DNA of 64,000 nucleotides from the human T2T-CHM13v2.0 reference genome, Homo sapiens. The DNA lies in NCBI RefSeq assembly GCF_009914755.1, contig NC_060934.1, one strand, 5' to 3'. Of the stretch, positions 14,150-30,366 are shown one piece after another (the stretch's first letter is position 1; each line of letters starts with the position of its first letter). The notes below the pieces were generated by a model that saw only the letters and a list, made by a program, of their open reading frames with translations, had not been told where the DNA came from and did no database searches. The position numbers and the translations under genes are program-made.

Positions 14150-14249
14150 GTGAGCAGGAGGGAAGACTTAACGCAGGAGCATTGATCTGCAGCATTTTAA
14201 TAATTCATCCGGAACCCAGAGGGAAGTACTGTTCCCTTTCACGTTCATA

Positions 14250-15897
<1,648 letters not shown>

Positions 15898-16326
15898 TGA
15901 CTGCTTGACCTTTCACTGCTGTCCTGTACAGCTGGTCCCTCCTCTTTCTACAGTTTTGTCTCTTTGTGTCATGTCCTGGCTGTGAAGCCCTGACTTTCTC
16001 CTGCCGACCACCTAAGGCCCAGCATTCAGAACCTGTCAGGCCCGTCAGGCAGCCTGTCTTTCCATGCTGTCTCTCATTGCATATGTCCCATCTGTGCACC
16101 CATTGACCCAGACTGTGTGTCCTGCTCCCTGATACACCAGATGTGTCCTCTGTTTGTCTTGCTGTTCTCTTAACAGCCCCCTCAGCTTGCTGCCTATCAC
16201 AGCAGAGACTCCGTGCGTTTTCTCGATTGATTGAGTAAACCCTCTTTTCTGGGTATCTTACGTGTTAATGCTTAATTTTTCTTTTTCTTTTTTTCTTCCC
16301 CACCACCCCCCCCACCCCCGACAAAG

Positions 16327-16413
16327 GTTACCTTATCTTACAGCAAAAATCTCAAGCCCTCATCAGAAACAAAGACTCAAAAAGGCTTATTTTCAGATGA
16401 GGAGGACTCTGAG
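16327..16413 (+). CDS. WASHC2C: WASHC2 coding exon ([29 protein letters not shown]), phase 0-0
   Basis: caaag|GTTACC ... GAG|gtatg, 87 nt. Confidence 0.93.
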
Positions 16414-16548
16414 GTATGGAATTCTTTTGCTTAGTTGTGGGTATTAGTCTATGGATATGACATAGAAACTATTTTTGAATCAGGTTTTTCTCAATAGAGT
16501 TATAAGACTTTTTGTTAAGTACTCCAGTTCTTTAAAAATTATCTCTAG

Positions 16549-16855
<307 letters not shown>

Positions 16856-17617
16856 ATCTCTTGAGAGCACAGGGGCTTTAGAAAGCAATATGTTTACAAT
16901 ACTTTTCACTTTGGGTTGGACTGTATTTACATTTCCTGGGATGAAAATCCTCTCTCTTTAGGATGCTCAGATTTTAAACTGTTCATGGGCTCATGATGTG
17001 ATGAGGAGCTTGCACCAGAGTGGAGGTCACCATGCTACTTCCTTTATTCACATTCTCACTAACTAGACCGTGGCTTAATGCTGTAGCAGATGGGTTCTGG
17101 CATAGCCATCTGTCTTGTCGAGACTGAGACCACTAACAGCCTCTGGGACCCTGGTTCATAGGTTGCTTTGGTCCCTCCAGGCACCTTAGAACCACCTCTC
17201 AGAATTTCACTGCTTTTCCTGAGTCTCTCAGGCCTAGGTCGTCTTAGATCCAATTTTAAGTTGGCCTTTTAGGAGATCATAGAACTGTATGAGAATGTAA
17301 TGGGAAGTAATAAGCCCCTTTTACAGAAAAATATGTGGACATGGCAGAAACTTACATGTATTTCAAGAAACTGTGGGCTCTAGGTTAGGCTGTCATGGTT
17401 GGGCTTTGCACTCACAGCAAGGATGAACATGGAACCCTTTGGAAGTAGAGTGATTGCCCTTGATGTAAAGAATACCTTTGAGGCTATCACTGAAGGCGAG
17501 TGTACAAAACGTGGGAATTAACCAAAGTCCAGTTAAGTCACAACCCTGACCCCTGAGAAACAGCATGATGGGGCCTCCACCGTCTTATGCTCATGGATCC
17601 CATGTGTCACCCACACC

Positions 17618-17950
17618 TGCACCTCAGGGTCTTTGCACCAGCCCCTGCCACTCTGAGGAATGCTGTTCCCAGAATCCAGCTTGATTCCTCACTCTTCGAT
17701 TTCTCTGTGAGGCCTCCCTGATGAAATACACAAAGCAGGAAGCCTGCTAGCACATACCACGCTGTGCTCCTGGTCCTCTTTCCTATTTCACTGTTTACCA
17801 CAGCACGTGTTGCCAGGGACAGTGTATATTTGCTTATTCATTGTCTCTACTTCCCACTAAAGTACGTGCCATGAGGGCAGGACTTTGTATTCCCTATTTG
17901 TATCCCTAACACCCCGTCCTTAATACCTGTGCTTGGCATGTTGTAAGCCA
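17618..17950 (+). repeat. 333-bp L2-derived intronic segment, duplicated at 60046-60378
   Basis: Ungapped match, about 33 mismatches (~90% identity) by manual count. Confidence 0.93.
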
Positions 17951-18010
17951 TCCAGTAATTGTTGATTAGACAAGAAAACCAAATGTGAGCAATTTCAGTG
18001 ACTTACGAGA

Positions 18011-18495
18011 TGTTCTGGTTATTTGTTGCTATGAAACAAGTAACTCAAAAACCTAGTGGTTCATAACACCCATAGTTTTGTTGTCTCACAGTTCGAGAGG
18101 TTGACTGGGCTTAGCTAGGCCGTTGTCACTGAGGGTCTCTTGTGTCTGAAGGTGGCTGGGCTGAGGGTCAGCTCACTCATATGTCTGGTACCTGGGCACT
18201 GGGGCCCCTGGGACATCTCTCACTAGCCCTGTGTGGCTCCCAGCATGTAGTCAGGGAAGCCGGTCCTCTTACATACTGGCTCAGGGCTGTAGGGGAGAGT
18301 CCTCAGAGAGAGCCCGATGGAGGCCATGTCGCCTTCTGTGTTCCAGCCTTGGAAGTCAACGGTGGTCCTTTTCCTTCATTTGTTGGTCAAGATGGTCACA
18401 ATGGCCCATCCAGGTTTATGGGGAGAGGCCATAGGCTCCCCTTCTTGATGGTGGGAGTGTAAATGTACTCTCAGACTTGTGTGAAAACCCTACCA
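18011..18495 (-). mobile_element. MLT1-type MaLR solo LTR
   Basis: tgttctggttatttgttgctatgaaacaagtaactcaaaaacctagtggt...tctcacagttc...ttgactgggcttagctagg. Confidence 0.75.
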
Positions 18496-19221
18496 AAGGC
18501 TTTGCCCCATGTGTGTCATCATAGAGTGAATGTTTTTATTGGACATTGTTCAGATTCTGAGGCAAGGAGAAGTAAAACTAAGGCAGTCTAAGTAAGAGTT
18601 AAAGCTTTGGACCCAAAGGAATGCGTCCTGACTCCTTTCTCTATATCTGAAGTGTGAGGCTGAAGCTTGCCCTGTGAAGTCATTTTGGGGGAACATATTT
18701 GAGGTAACGGAAGTGTCTTTTCTTGCAGTACCAAGAAAGGTATCAGTTAAGGGTCCGAAACTGTGATGTTGACATTTGTTTTTGTTCTTTGCTTTGGTTT
18801 ACTTTCATTTTCTTAGAACAGCAGAACCCTTTCTCTTGCCATTGTGTAACATGCAGGAGGGGCACGGGATGCCTGGAATCCCCCACGTGGCCTCTTCTAT
18901 CTAAATAAACCCATGGGACTCCGGGGAGCACAGGGGAAAAACACTGTGTGGAGGAGATCTCACTTAGTGAACTCATTAGGTCTATATTTAGGAGTAGACA
19001 GCGACCCCATAATTAAAAAAAAAAAAAAACTGTCCAAAGAGGTCTTAGAAATATCTTCTTGTCCTATTTAATTGTTCGGCTCTTGTGTATTGAAGTTTAT
19101 CTTCCCAAGGGAATAGATGTCCCATTTTATGTTTCTACTTCATGTAGGTCAACTTGCAGGTCTTTCTTTGCAGGATAAGCTGATGTTTTATAACATTTTG
19201 AAAATTTCTTGATTTTTATAT

Positions 19222-19500
<279 letters not shown>

Positions 19501-19629
19501 TGAAAGTTTCTTTAGAATCTATCAGGTCTTATCCTGGTTTGCAACGTCATATACCTATAGTTAAGCTAAGTAGACTAGCAAACATTTAAAAATAAAGTTT
19601 AATTTGTATTTATTTAAAAGAAATAAGTC

Positions 19630-19926
19630 GGCCGGGTGTGGTGGCTCAAGCCTGTAATCCCAGCACTTGGGGAAGCCGAGGCGGGCGGATCACAAGGTCA
19701 GGAGATCGAGACCATCCTGGCTAACATGGTGAAACCCCGTCTCTACTAAAAATACAAAAAAATTAGCCGGGCGTGGTGGCAGGCGCCTGTAGTCTCAGCT
19801 ACTCAGGAGGCAGAGGCAGGAGAATGGTGTGAATCCGGGAGGCGGAGCTTTCAGTGAGCCGAGATTGCACCACTGCACTGCAGCCTGGGCAACAGAGCGA
19901 GACTCTGCCTCAAAAAAAAGAAAAAG
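19630..19926 (+). mobile_element. AluY
   Basis: gagatcgagaccatcctggctaac, gaatggtgtgaa and gcggagctt diagnostics; TSD aagaa(a/g)taagtc. Confidence 0.93.
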
Positions 19927-20393
19927 AAGTAAGTCATAATCTTAGGAGAGGAGGGTGTTACTAAATAAAATAGTTGTAGCTCCATTAATTTGGGAATCTA
20001 GCCCCTGTTTCTTTATTGACCCTGTCTAATCTCTGATTCTTTAGACAGTAATGGGAAGCCATGCTTATATATTTATTTTTTTAGCATGGTGTAGGAAATT
20101 GATTCAAAAACTTATTCCTGCCTTCTGTCATTCAGGTGGGAATACAGAAGCCCCTGGGCTCTGCGAGCCCACCAGATCCTGTAGCTCTCCTCCTCCTTAG
20201 CGCCACTGCACACACCCTGCACAGACCCTGAGGCCTATCCCTTTAAGGACTCTGTCTGAGCCACCTTCCCTCTCAGGAAAGAAGCCTAGACACATGGCAG
20301 CTGTCATGTCTGAGTCACTTGTGTTTTATACTGACCTGATATTTTAAAAACTGATATTCCTGTTAACCAGCAACTTTAATTTCAATCCAACAG

Positions 20394-20495
20394 GATTTGT
20401 TTTCTTCTCAAAGTGCGAGTAACTTAAAAGGTGCATCTCTGCTGCCTGGCAAGCTCCCCACGTCGGTTTCCCTGTTTGATGATGAAGATGAAGAG
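20394..20495 (+). CDS. WASHC2C: WASHC2 coding exon ([34 protein letters not shown]), phase 0-0
   Basis: aacag|GATTTG ... GAG|gtaaa, 102 nt. Confidence 0.95.
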
Positions 20496-20715
20496 GTAAA
20501 CATTGTTATTGTAACACTAGATAATTTAGATTAGGAGAAAACGGTTGTTGATGTAACTTTCTACCCAGAGGCTCATATACTAGCAAAAGGTGGTAGGGAA
20601 GCAGTCAGGCTACCTGAAGTTTATATAACAAAAATATTTCTGTTTTTATTTCAGTGACTTCTTCCTTATATTTTCCTAGCTGTGCAATGGAGAAGACATT
20701 AGATTCTTGACGCAG

Positions 20716-21007
20716 TTCTTTTTTTTTTTTTTTCCGAGTTGGAGACTTTCTCTGTCACCCAGGCTGGAGTGCAGTGATGCGATCTTGGCTCACTGTAACC
20801 GGGTTCAGGTGATTCTCCTGCCTCGACCTCCCAAGTAGCTGGGACTACAGGTACGCACCACCACTCCCGGCTAATTTTTGTATTGTTAGTAGAGACAGGG
20901 TTTCACCATGTTGGCCAGGCTAGTTTCGAACTCCTGATCTCAGGTGATCCGCCTGCCTCGGCCTCCCTAAGTGCTAGGATTACAGGTGTGAGCCACCGTG
21001 CCTGGCT
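20716..21007 (-). mobile_element. AluS
   Basis: Full dimer; TSD ttcttgac(g/a)cagttctt. Confidence 0.95.
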
Positions 21008-21074
21008 TCTTGACACAGTTCTTATGGAGTGAAATCTACAGGTTTTATTTTTAGAAATCTGCCTTTGAGAAATA

Positions 21075-21438
21075 CAATTGACCCTTTAACAGTGTGGAGG
21101 TTATTTTGACTTCCACATTGCAGTGAAAAATCCATATATAACTTCTTACTTCCCAAAAACTTATCTACTGATAGCTTACTGTTAACCAGAAGCCTCATGG
21201 ATAACATAAACAGGTGATTAACATATAAATAGTATAATATCTATTTATATATTTTTGTATTCCTGACATATCCAGCTTTTCCTTATTTTTTTTATGATAT
21301 TTCTAGGCCACATGGTTTGTCTGCAAGATTTTTCAAATTGTTGCAAATGTCCAAAAAAATTTTCAACATATTACTGAGAAAACATTTGTGTAGAAGTGGA
21401 CCTGTGCAGCTCAAACCTGTGTCATTCAGGGTGAGCTG
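21075..21438. mobile_element. Tigger2-family (TcMar) non-autonomous DNA transposon
   Basis: TIRs caattgaccctttaa / ttcagggtgagctg flanked by TA. Confidence 0.75.
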
Positions 21439-21629
21439 TACTTTAGTCTAGAGGATGGATCAACATATACCCAATGACCTACAAGAATGTTTTGGATCAA
21501 GTGGAGATACAAAGGAGGAGGCAGCCATGTCCTGACCATTGTCTTTCTTTCCCGTCCTGGCTGGAGAGAGCACAGTGGGGAAGAGAAATAAGAGAGAAGA
21601 CAACCCAAACCTTAACTCTCATGCAGTAC

Positions 21630-21850
21630 TGGGCGGTGGTGAGCTCAAAGGCTTTGCCATCAGACCCCTGGGTTCATATCCCAGCTCCACCACTTGCAAA
21701 CCAGGAACCTGGGGCAAGTAACTTAACCTTCCTTAAGCTCATGTGGCTTAACAGTGAGTAGGGTCACTGTGGCAGCTGTAACTACTAGTGTGAAGCTCTT
21801 GCAGAGTGCCGGCACATAATAAGTGCATAGTGAATGTGAGCTCTGTCATT
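21630..21850 (+). mobile_element. MIR
   Basis: gggttcatatcccagctccaccacttgc...ggggcaagtaacttaacct. Confidence 0.7.
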
Positions 21851-22684
21851 AGCATCCCCAATGGACACCAGCTCATTATTCTCCTGGCCTGTCCTACATT
21901 ACCGCACTCTCCTTAAAGGAGACTTCATCCAGGAAGACACTCCCTTCATCCATCTTCACATTCCAGGGCTGTTCACCTGAGTTTGTCCATCCTAACTCAG
22001 ACTCAGGCCCTCTGATGCTTTTGTTCCCCTTATCTGAATAAAAGCACCTTAATAAATATAACTTTTGGGGAGTGCTTGACCACAGAAGAATTTACAAATG
22101 CCATTAAACTTAGTACACCAGCAATTTTATTTAGTAAGCTATTTCTCCACTTTGTATAATCTCTTTGAAACTAATGAGAAACACAAGTCATGCCTTCCCT
22201 CCATCCCAGGTGTATGTCTTTCTGACCTGTAAAGGAGTGGAGATAGACCCCCAGTTCTCTCCTTTCAGCCATTGTTCTGGTTTCTCATTCGTGGAGACAA
22301 CAGTGTGAGTTTCTGGCTGCTGCGGGGGCTCCCGTGCCCATCGCAGGCTGTAACCACCTGAAATGAGCAGAGAGGCACTTGCCCACAGGGTGACTGGATG
22401 GGGCTCAGTTTCTCCTTGTACTTCATGATCTCATTTGCATGTTGTTCTCCTGCTTATATGCAGCTGTTCTGCCTTCGAGTTCTATGGTAATCTCTTTCCC
22501 TTCTATGGGTGCAGTGAGAAAAGGCTGTAGTTTGGGATTTACTAGCATTTTGCGGTTTTTCCCCGCCAGAGTTGTTATTTGTATACCTGACTGGAGACTT
22601 ACTTCCTTAAAGTTTGATATAGGAGGACATCCTATGTTTTCTGATTATAAAGTTGTCTTACCTTTCTGCCATTTGCTTTTCTAG

Positions 22685-22816
22685 GATAATCTTTTTGGGG
22701 GTACAGCTGCTAAGAAGCAGACATTGTCTCTACAAGCTCAGAGAGAAGAGAAAGCAAAAGCCTCCGAGCTCTCCAAAAAGAAAGCATCTGCCCTGTTGTT
22801 CAGCAGTGATGAGGAG
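22685..22816 (+). CDS. WASHC2C: WASHC2 coding exon ([12 protein letters not shown]...[11 protein letters not shown]), phase 0-0
   Basis: tctag|GATAAT ... GAG|gtgag, 132 nt. Confidence 0.95.
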
Positions 22817-23039
22817 GTGAGCTGAGGTTTCTGCTAAAAAAGAGGGGATTATTTCATGGGATTTAAGAGTTAAAGCCATCCCAAGTCTTTTTCTACCTGT
22901 TTTATATCTCGTGATGTTCAGTCACCAAAGGCGATGTTCACAAGATTGTCTTTTCTGAAGGAAGACATTTAATGTAATATATTAATTTAAAGATGAATCT
23001 CTTCAAAATGGTTAGGAATAAGTATGACTCCCACACAAT

Positions 23040-23572
23040 AGTGTATGCTCCTTCAAATGAGTTAGGCCGGCTAGGGGGGAAATGATTTCTCAGCCATCGC
23101 TAGTTCATGGTCGAGTCCCTTAGAACAAATGACAGATTAACCAGAGAAAAGTGTGCAAGTTTACGTAAGATAAGTTTTACCAGACACAGGAGCCTTCAGA
23201 AAGAAAAACTCAAGAGAAACAGGAAATCCTGTGTCAATTTTATGCAGTCTGATGAAGAAGCGGACAGTTTTGGGGGAGCACGATTAGATGAAAGGGGTGT
23301 GACCTGATGGGAATAAGCTGGGGGGAGCTCAGCAAGGCCTGTGTGGTCAGATCATTCTCTGCATCTTTACAAATAAGGAGGCTCCTTTCCTCTGGGAATA
23401 GGGAGGACTGGAATGAAGGTTTTATGACCTACTCCAGAGAGGGTTAGAGGATTCTTCTATGTCCTGCTTCAGAGGAGAAGGGCCAGGGAAAGGTCAGAGA
23501 GACCTTTCTGCTTCTGTTTTCTCAAATGCCAAGGTGTCATATTTTGAGGTAGCATGTCCCGTATACCCCAAT
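23040..23572 (-). mobile_element. ERV1 solo LTR (MER34/MER39-like)
   Basis: aggtcagagagacctt...gccaaggtgtcatattttgaggtagcatgtcc matches the recalled MER34-type terminus. Confidence 0.65.
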
Positions 23573-23990
23573 GGCCATATATACTAGTATCTTGTTAAAT
23601 GACTACTGTGTTTCATTAATTTAGAACTATAATTAGGAGGAGTTACCTATTGAGGTTAAACTCCTTTTTGAGGGAGTCTTAACAATATTTCTGTTTGTGA
23701 TCTGGATAGATACTACCAAATCAGTTAGTTTAGTTGCTAACTCAATCAGATTTAGTAGCAGGGAATCAGATTTAGCTGTGCAGAAAAAGACTTTAAATAT
23801 GATGATATAAAAAATCCTGAGTATTAAACATCTTCCTGTGTTATAATAATTCCTCTTTTTTTTAACATTGTAGGCAAGTTAGTAGGGGGTGAAGTGGATA
23901 TATAAGTCATAGATATGTTCATGTCCTTACTGAAAGCAATTTAAAAATTCTGAAGCAGATTGCAAAAAAAAATGTATTAAAAGCTTATGC

Positions 23991-24281
23991 GGCCGGGCGT
24001 GGTAGCTCACGTCTGTAATCCCAGCACTTTGAGAGTCTGAGGCAGGCAGATCACTTGAGGTTGGGAGTTCGAGACCAGCCTAACCAACATGGAGAAACCT
24101 TGTCTCTATTAAAAATACAAAAAAATTAGCAGGTTGTGGTGGCGCATGCCTGTAATCCCAACTACTCAGGAGGCTGAGGCAGGAGAATCACTTGAACCCA
24201 GGAGATGGAGGTTGTCGTGAACCGAGATCACGCCATTGCACTCCAGCCTGGGCAACGAGCGAAACTCCGTCTCAAAAAAAA
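23991..24281 (+). mobile_element. AluS
   Basis: Full dimer; TSD aaaagcttatgc. Confidence 0.95.
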
Positions 24282-24647
24282 GCTTATGCAACACACATGT
24301 GAACAAGACACAATGAAAAACTGCTAGTAATCCTTTTACTACAAAAGTCTGAGTCTGGCCTTTAGAAAGCGTTTAAGGAATTCCCACCCAGCTGTGCTCA
24401 TGCCTTCACATCAAGGAACTCCCAAGCATATATAATTTGTGTTTTCTACTCAAATGTATGAATTTATGATAGATTATCCAGTTTTTTTCTTTTAAACATT
24501 GTCAGTGATTGTTCCCCCTGTAGCAACAGCCAGACATCAGTGTAGTTGCTCCTACTAGAGTATTATAGTGGTTCAGGGAAAATAAAAACATTACCTAAAG
24601 CTTGGAGCAAAAAGACATGCAGAAGAAAGACAGCCAAGGTTCTAGAA

Positions 24648-24877
24648 CAGGGGCGTCCAGTCTTTTGGCTTCCCTGGCCCACACTGGAAGAAGAAGAATT
24701 GTCTTGGGTCACACATAAAGTGCGCTAATACTAACAATAGCTGACGAACTAAAAAAATAAAAAGGTTCGTGCATAAATCCCATAATGTTTTAAGAAAGTT
24801 TACAGATTTGTGGTGGGCCGCATTCAAAGCCATACTGGGCTGTGTGTGGCCCATGGGCCACAGGTTGGACAAGCTTG
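24648..24877 (+). mobile_element. MER30 (hAT-Charlie)
   Basis: caggggcgtcca...ttggacaagcttg; 8-bp TSD ttctagaa/tcctagaa. Confidence 0.88.
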
Positions 24878-24897
24878 TCCTAGAACAAAGGCTGTCA

Positions 24898-25317
<420 letters not shown>

Positions 25318-25409
25318 TTAATCTGGTTGGGGTACAGCCTCGTCATTGGAGTTTTGTGATACTCTCTAGTGGATTTCAGCGTTTAGTCACTGCTAAACAT
25401 TGAGGAGCA

Positions 25410-25545
25410 CTTCTCAAACCTTCATGTTTAGGAAATCACCCAGGCACCCTGTGAAATGCAGGTTCTGATTCAGAAAATAGGGGCGGGGCCTGAAATTCTG
25501 CATAATCTGCTGCTGGCTTGTGGACTCCAGTTTGGTTTGCAAGAC
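25410..25545. mobile_element. MER5A fragment
   Basis: aaatgcaggttctgattcag...ggggcctgaaattctgcat. Confidence 0.7.
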
Positions 25546-26107
25546 TCTAGACTCCAGAGATAGAGCACTTATGCAAGTGCTTGGGAGTTCTTTGATTTGA
25601 AGGGGTGTGAGCATAGTTGAGTAGAATTCCCTTAAATGCTTTCTAAAGGCCACATTCAGACTTGTGGTAAAAGGATTACTAGCAGTTTTTCATTGTGTCT
25701 TGTTCACATGTGTGTTGCGTGAGTTTTTACACTTTTTTTTTCAATCTGCTTTAGGATTTTTAAAATTAAAATATTCTTCTCTGGAGTTGGAAGTTCTTGA
25801 GTTCTTGGTATTTTTACATTTGGCTTCCTTCTTATAGCCTCTGTAATTAATGTTGATTCCCTGAAATAGACAAGTCGCTTGTAATACAGTGCAGAACCAC
25901 ATTGGGAAGAGACATCGTGGCAGGTGTTGGAGGAGGAAATCATGAGAAGCTCTGTGAGGTCAGAGAGCCCAGCTGTCTAGATTTGAGTTCAAAGAAAAGT
26001 CTTAAGCATGAGCTTTCTTCAAGACTGATGCACTAAGTTTAATACTTAGTTTAAATACAACTTAGTTTAACAAATATAAGTTTGATTTTACTCCCCATGT
26101 TTTATAA

Positions 26108-26424
<317 letters not shown>

Positions 26425-26455
26425 TGGAGTTTTAATATATATTTTATGTTTTAAG

Positions 26456-26625
26456 GACCAGTGGAATATTCCTGCTTCACAGACCCACTTAGCATCTGAC
26501 AGCAGGTCTAAAGGAGAACCCAGGGATTCTGGGACCCTCCAGAGCCAGGAGGCCAAGGCTGTGAAAAAGACCAGTCTCTTTGAGGAAGACAAAGAAGATG
26601 ATCTTTTTGCCATTGCCAAGGACAG
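26456..26625 (+). CDS. WASHC2C: WASHC2 coding exon (DQWNIPASQ...[18 protein letters not shown]), phase 0-2
   Basis: ttaag|GACCAG ... GACAG|gtgag, 170 nt. Confidence 0.95.
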
Positions 26626-26965
26626 GTGAGATAGTCATTGGAAGGAGTCCCTCACTCCATTACCGTGGTAACAAGAAAAGGAATCTGATGCACAATCTAG
26701 TTCATCGGGTGATTGCTAATCATGGATCACATAGTGATTGTGCCAGTGAGAATGTCTTTGCTTTTCAATGGCACCATCTTTTCCCTCAGTACCCGGAAAT
26801 GTTTGTCTTTGTGGATCCTTATCTGATTTCTTCCCCAATCATTATTTTTTAACCATATTCTTTTTCTTTGTTTGTCAGGGATTTGAGTATCTTTTGTTTG
26901 TGATTTTTCTCTGGGCTACTCTAAAGTATGTCAGGTTTGGTCAGGATTACTTAAAAGTTACTTTA

Positions 26966-27307
<342 letters not shown>

Positions 27308-27739
27308 TTAGGAGGAAGTTCCCTGTAGAGCTGTGCAGTATCACTCCAGGGGCTGATAACCCATAGCCAACCTAGGTGCCTCTCCCCATTAATGCTGGAA
27401 CTGAAGCTGCTAGGATATTCAGAGTGAGCGTGGGCTGTGGTTGGTATAACATGCTGCCAGATTAGCTTATGGGTTCAGAATTACTTCCCTGCAAATACTT
27501 TTTTTCCTTTTGAAAGCCTGACATGATTACTTTGAAATTCACCTGAATGTTATTAGCAGAAAGAAGTAACTGATTGGACATGTAAATCCTATGCTTTGGT
27601 GTGGTTAAGCGTCATTTGATAGATTCAGAAGTACCTCAGGTTTCTGTCTCCAAATACTCGAATCTTGTCAAGCATCACCATTTCTGCATTAGGCCTCTGT
27701 AACTTGACACTCGGATGCATCTTTGGTCTCTGATTTAGA

Positions 27740-27965
27740 ATATAGGCTCTGGAAAGTTGATATTAAATTCTGATTCTGCCAGTTCCTGTCTGAATAACCT
27801 TGGGCAAGTTACCTAACTTCCCTGTGCCTCAATTTCCTCATTTGTTAAACAAAAATAAAAACAGCATTTCTCTCATCGGTTTGTTGGGATGATGAGGTGG
27901 AATCTAAATGTGAAACGCTGAGCACAAGAGCTGGCACATTCTGAGCCCTCAGGTATTGCCAGTTA
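27740..27965 (+). mobile_element. MIR
   Basis: accttgggcaagttacctaacttccctgtgcctcaatttcctcatttg core. Confidence 0.8.
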
Positions 27966-28092
27966 GCATCGTGACTGCAGGGAAATAGTACATTCCTTTA
28001 TTTTTGTTGCTCTCTCCTGGGACATTCTTCTTCCTGTGTTGCCTGGCCACCTTCTTTCAAAACTAAGTGTAAGTTTCTTAAGAAGCCTTCCC

Positions 28093-28401
<309 letters not shown>

Positions 28402-28754
28402 CTAACTTTAAACAGACAAGAAAGAGAAGAAATAGGGAGTAGAGGGCAGACATGGCTCCACCTTCATACCCCAACACCCTCAGCTGAGCATTTTCTGCAC
28501 TGTATCCAGGTTAGCTTATTCCCATGAGTGTCCACTACCCCCACCCCACACAAGGTCATAAATCTGGCAGTCTGAACCCCATCTTGTTTGTGGGTCCTGG
28601 TTCCAGCCACACACCATACCTGGCTTTCAGGAATGCTTTCTCTGCTCCAGATACATCCTACCTCCTATTGTTCCCGAAGTTGTCTGTCAAGTTTTGTGTA
28701 TGGAAAGTAATTCATACCTTCATCAGATCTCAAAAGAAGCTTTACACACACAAG

Positions 28755-29810
28755 AAGAAGTTGAGGTGAGGATGTGGAGGAATTGGAACCCTCATACACT
28801 GCTGGTGGGAACGTAAAATGGTGTAGTCACTTTGGAAAGTAGTTTGGCATTTCCTCAAAATGTTAAACATAGAGTCACCATATGACATAATAGTTTCATT
28901 CCTATGTATATACATAAGAGAAATGAAATTAGTTGTTCATATAAAAACTTGTACATGAGTGTTTATTGCAGCCTTAGTCATAACAGCCGAAAGTGTAAAC
29001 AACCCAAATGTCCATCAACTGATGACTGGATAAACAAAATGTATAACCATACGATAGACTGTTCTTCAGCAATAAAAAAGAATAAAGTAGTGATGCATCC
29101 TAGAACATGAATGAACCTAGAAAATTTTATGTTACTTGAAAGAAGCTGGTCACAGAAAACCACATATTGTATTGTTCCATTTATATGAAATGTATAGATA
29201 AACCACAGAGACAGAAAGTAGATTAGTGGTTGCCAGGGCCTGTGGGGCAGGGGGAATGGAGAGTGATGGCTCATAGGCATGGCGGTTCTTTTTGGGGTCA
29301 TGATAATGTTGTGCACTTAGGTTGTAGTGATATTGCACAACTCGATGAGTATATTAAAGAAAACATTGAAGTATGCACTTTAAAAGAGTGAATCTGGATT
29401 AAGAAAACCATTGAAGTGTACGCACTTTAAAAGAGTGAATCTGGCCAGGTGCAACGGCTCATGCCTGTAATCCTAACTGATTGGGAGGCCAAGTGGAAGG
29501 ATCTCTTGAGGCCAGGTGTTTGAGACCAGCCTGAGCAACATAGAGCGACCTCACCTCTCCAAAAAAGTAAAAAAATTAGCCAGGCATGGTGACGTGTGCC
29601 TGTAGTCGTAGCTACTTGAGAGGCTAAGGCAGGAGATCACTTGAGTTCAGGAATTTGAGGCTGCAGTGGGATATGATTGTGCCATTGCTCTCCAGCCTGG
29701 GCAGTAGAGTGAGACCCTGTCTTAAAAAGTAAAATAAATATTAAAAATAGAGTAAATACAAGGTGAATTTTATGGAATGTAAATTATGTCTCGATAACGC
29801 TACTAAAAAA
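28755..29810 (+). mobile_element. L1MB-type 3' end, interrupted by an AluJ
   Basis: ggatgtggaggaattggaaccctcatacactgctggtgggaacgtaaaatgg ... acagaaagtagattagtggttgccaggg. Confidence 0.85.
29443..29745 (+). mobile_element. AluJ
   Basis: Diverged dimer with gaggctgcagtg and gagaccctgtc. Confidence 0.9.
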
Positions 29811-30263
29811 AAGAAATAGAAGCCAGGCACAGGGTCATTTCCCAGTGCTAATCCTGGCCCTGTGATCTCTCTTGGCAACCGTCTTCATGACAATTCTGGA
29901 AATAGGCACGTCCGCTTTGATTCTTTTTGTGCTATAGGAAGTGGGAGAGAATGTTCTGCTTGGGAAGGCTCAGGCATCGTGTGCCTTGCAGCGGTAACAG
30001 CTGATGAACCTGCACTGGATAGTAACAGGAAAGGGGCAACCTGAGGCAGGAGGGACAGAGGCTGGTGATTTGTTGGAGTCAGATTTCATCTATTTCAAAG
30101 GTCTTTCCTGTTTGCTTTCAACTGTGTAAGGTCAACTAATGGCTTGGGTGTTTGGGTGGTAGGTGGATTCCTGTAGGTGCAGTCTAGAAGAAATATTGTT
30201 GTTATGGTTTTTGTTTTTTTCATCACACTTTTCCTTAATTTGACCTTTTGTTTGTTTGTGTAG

Positions 30264-30366
30264 CCAAAAGAAGACCCAGAGAGTGTCACTCCTCTTTGAA
30301 GACGATGTTGATAGCGGAGGCTCTCTGTTTGGCTCTCCTCCCACATCTGTTCCTCCTGCAACAAAG
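30264..30366 (+). CDS. WASHC2C: WASHC2 coding exon ([35 protein letters not shown]), phase 2-0
   Basis: tgtag|CCAAAAG ... AAG|gtatt, 103 nt. Confidence 0.95.
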
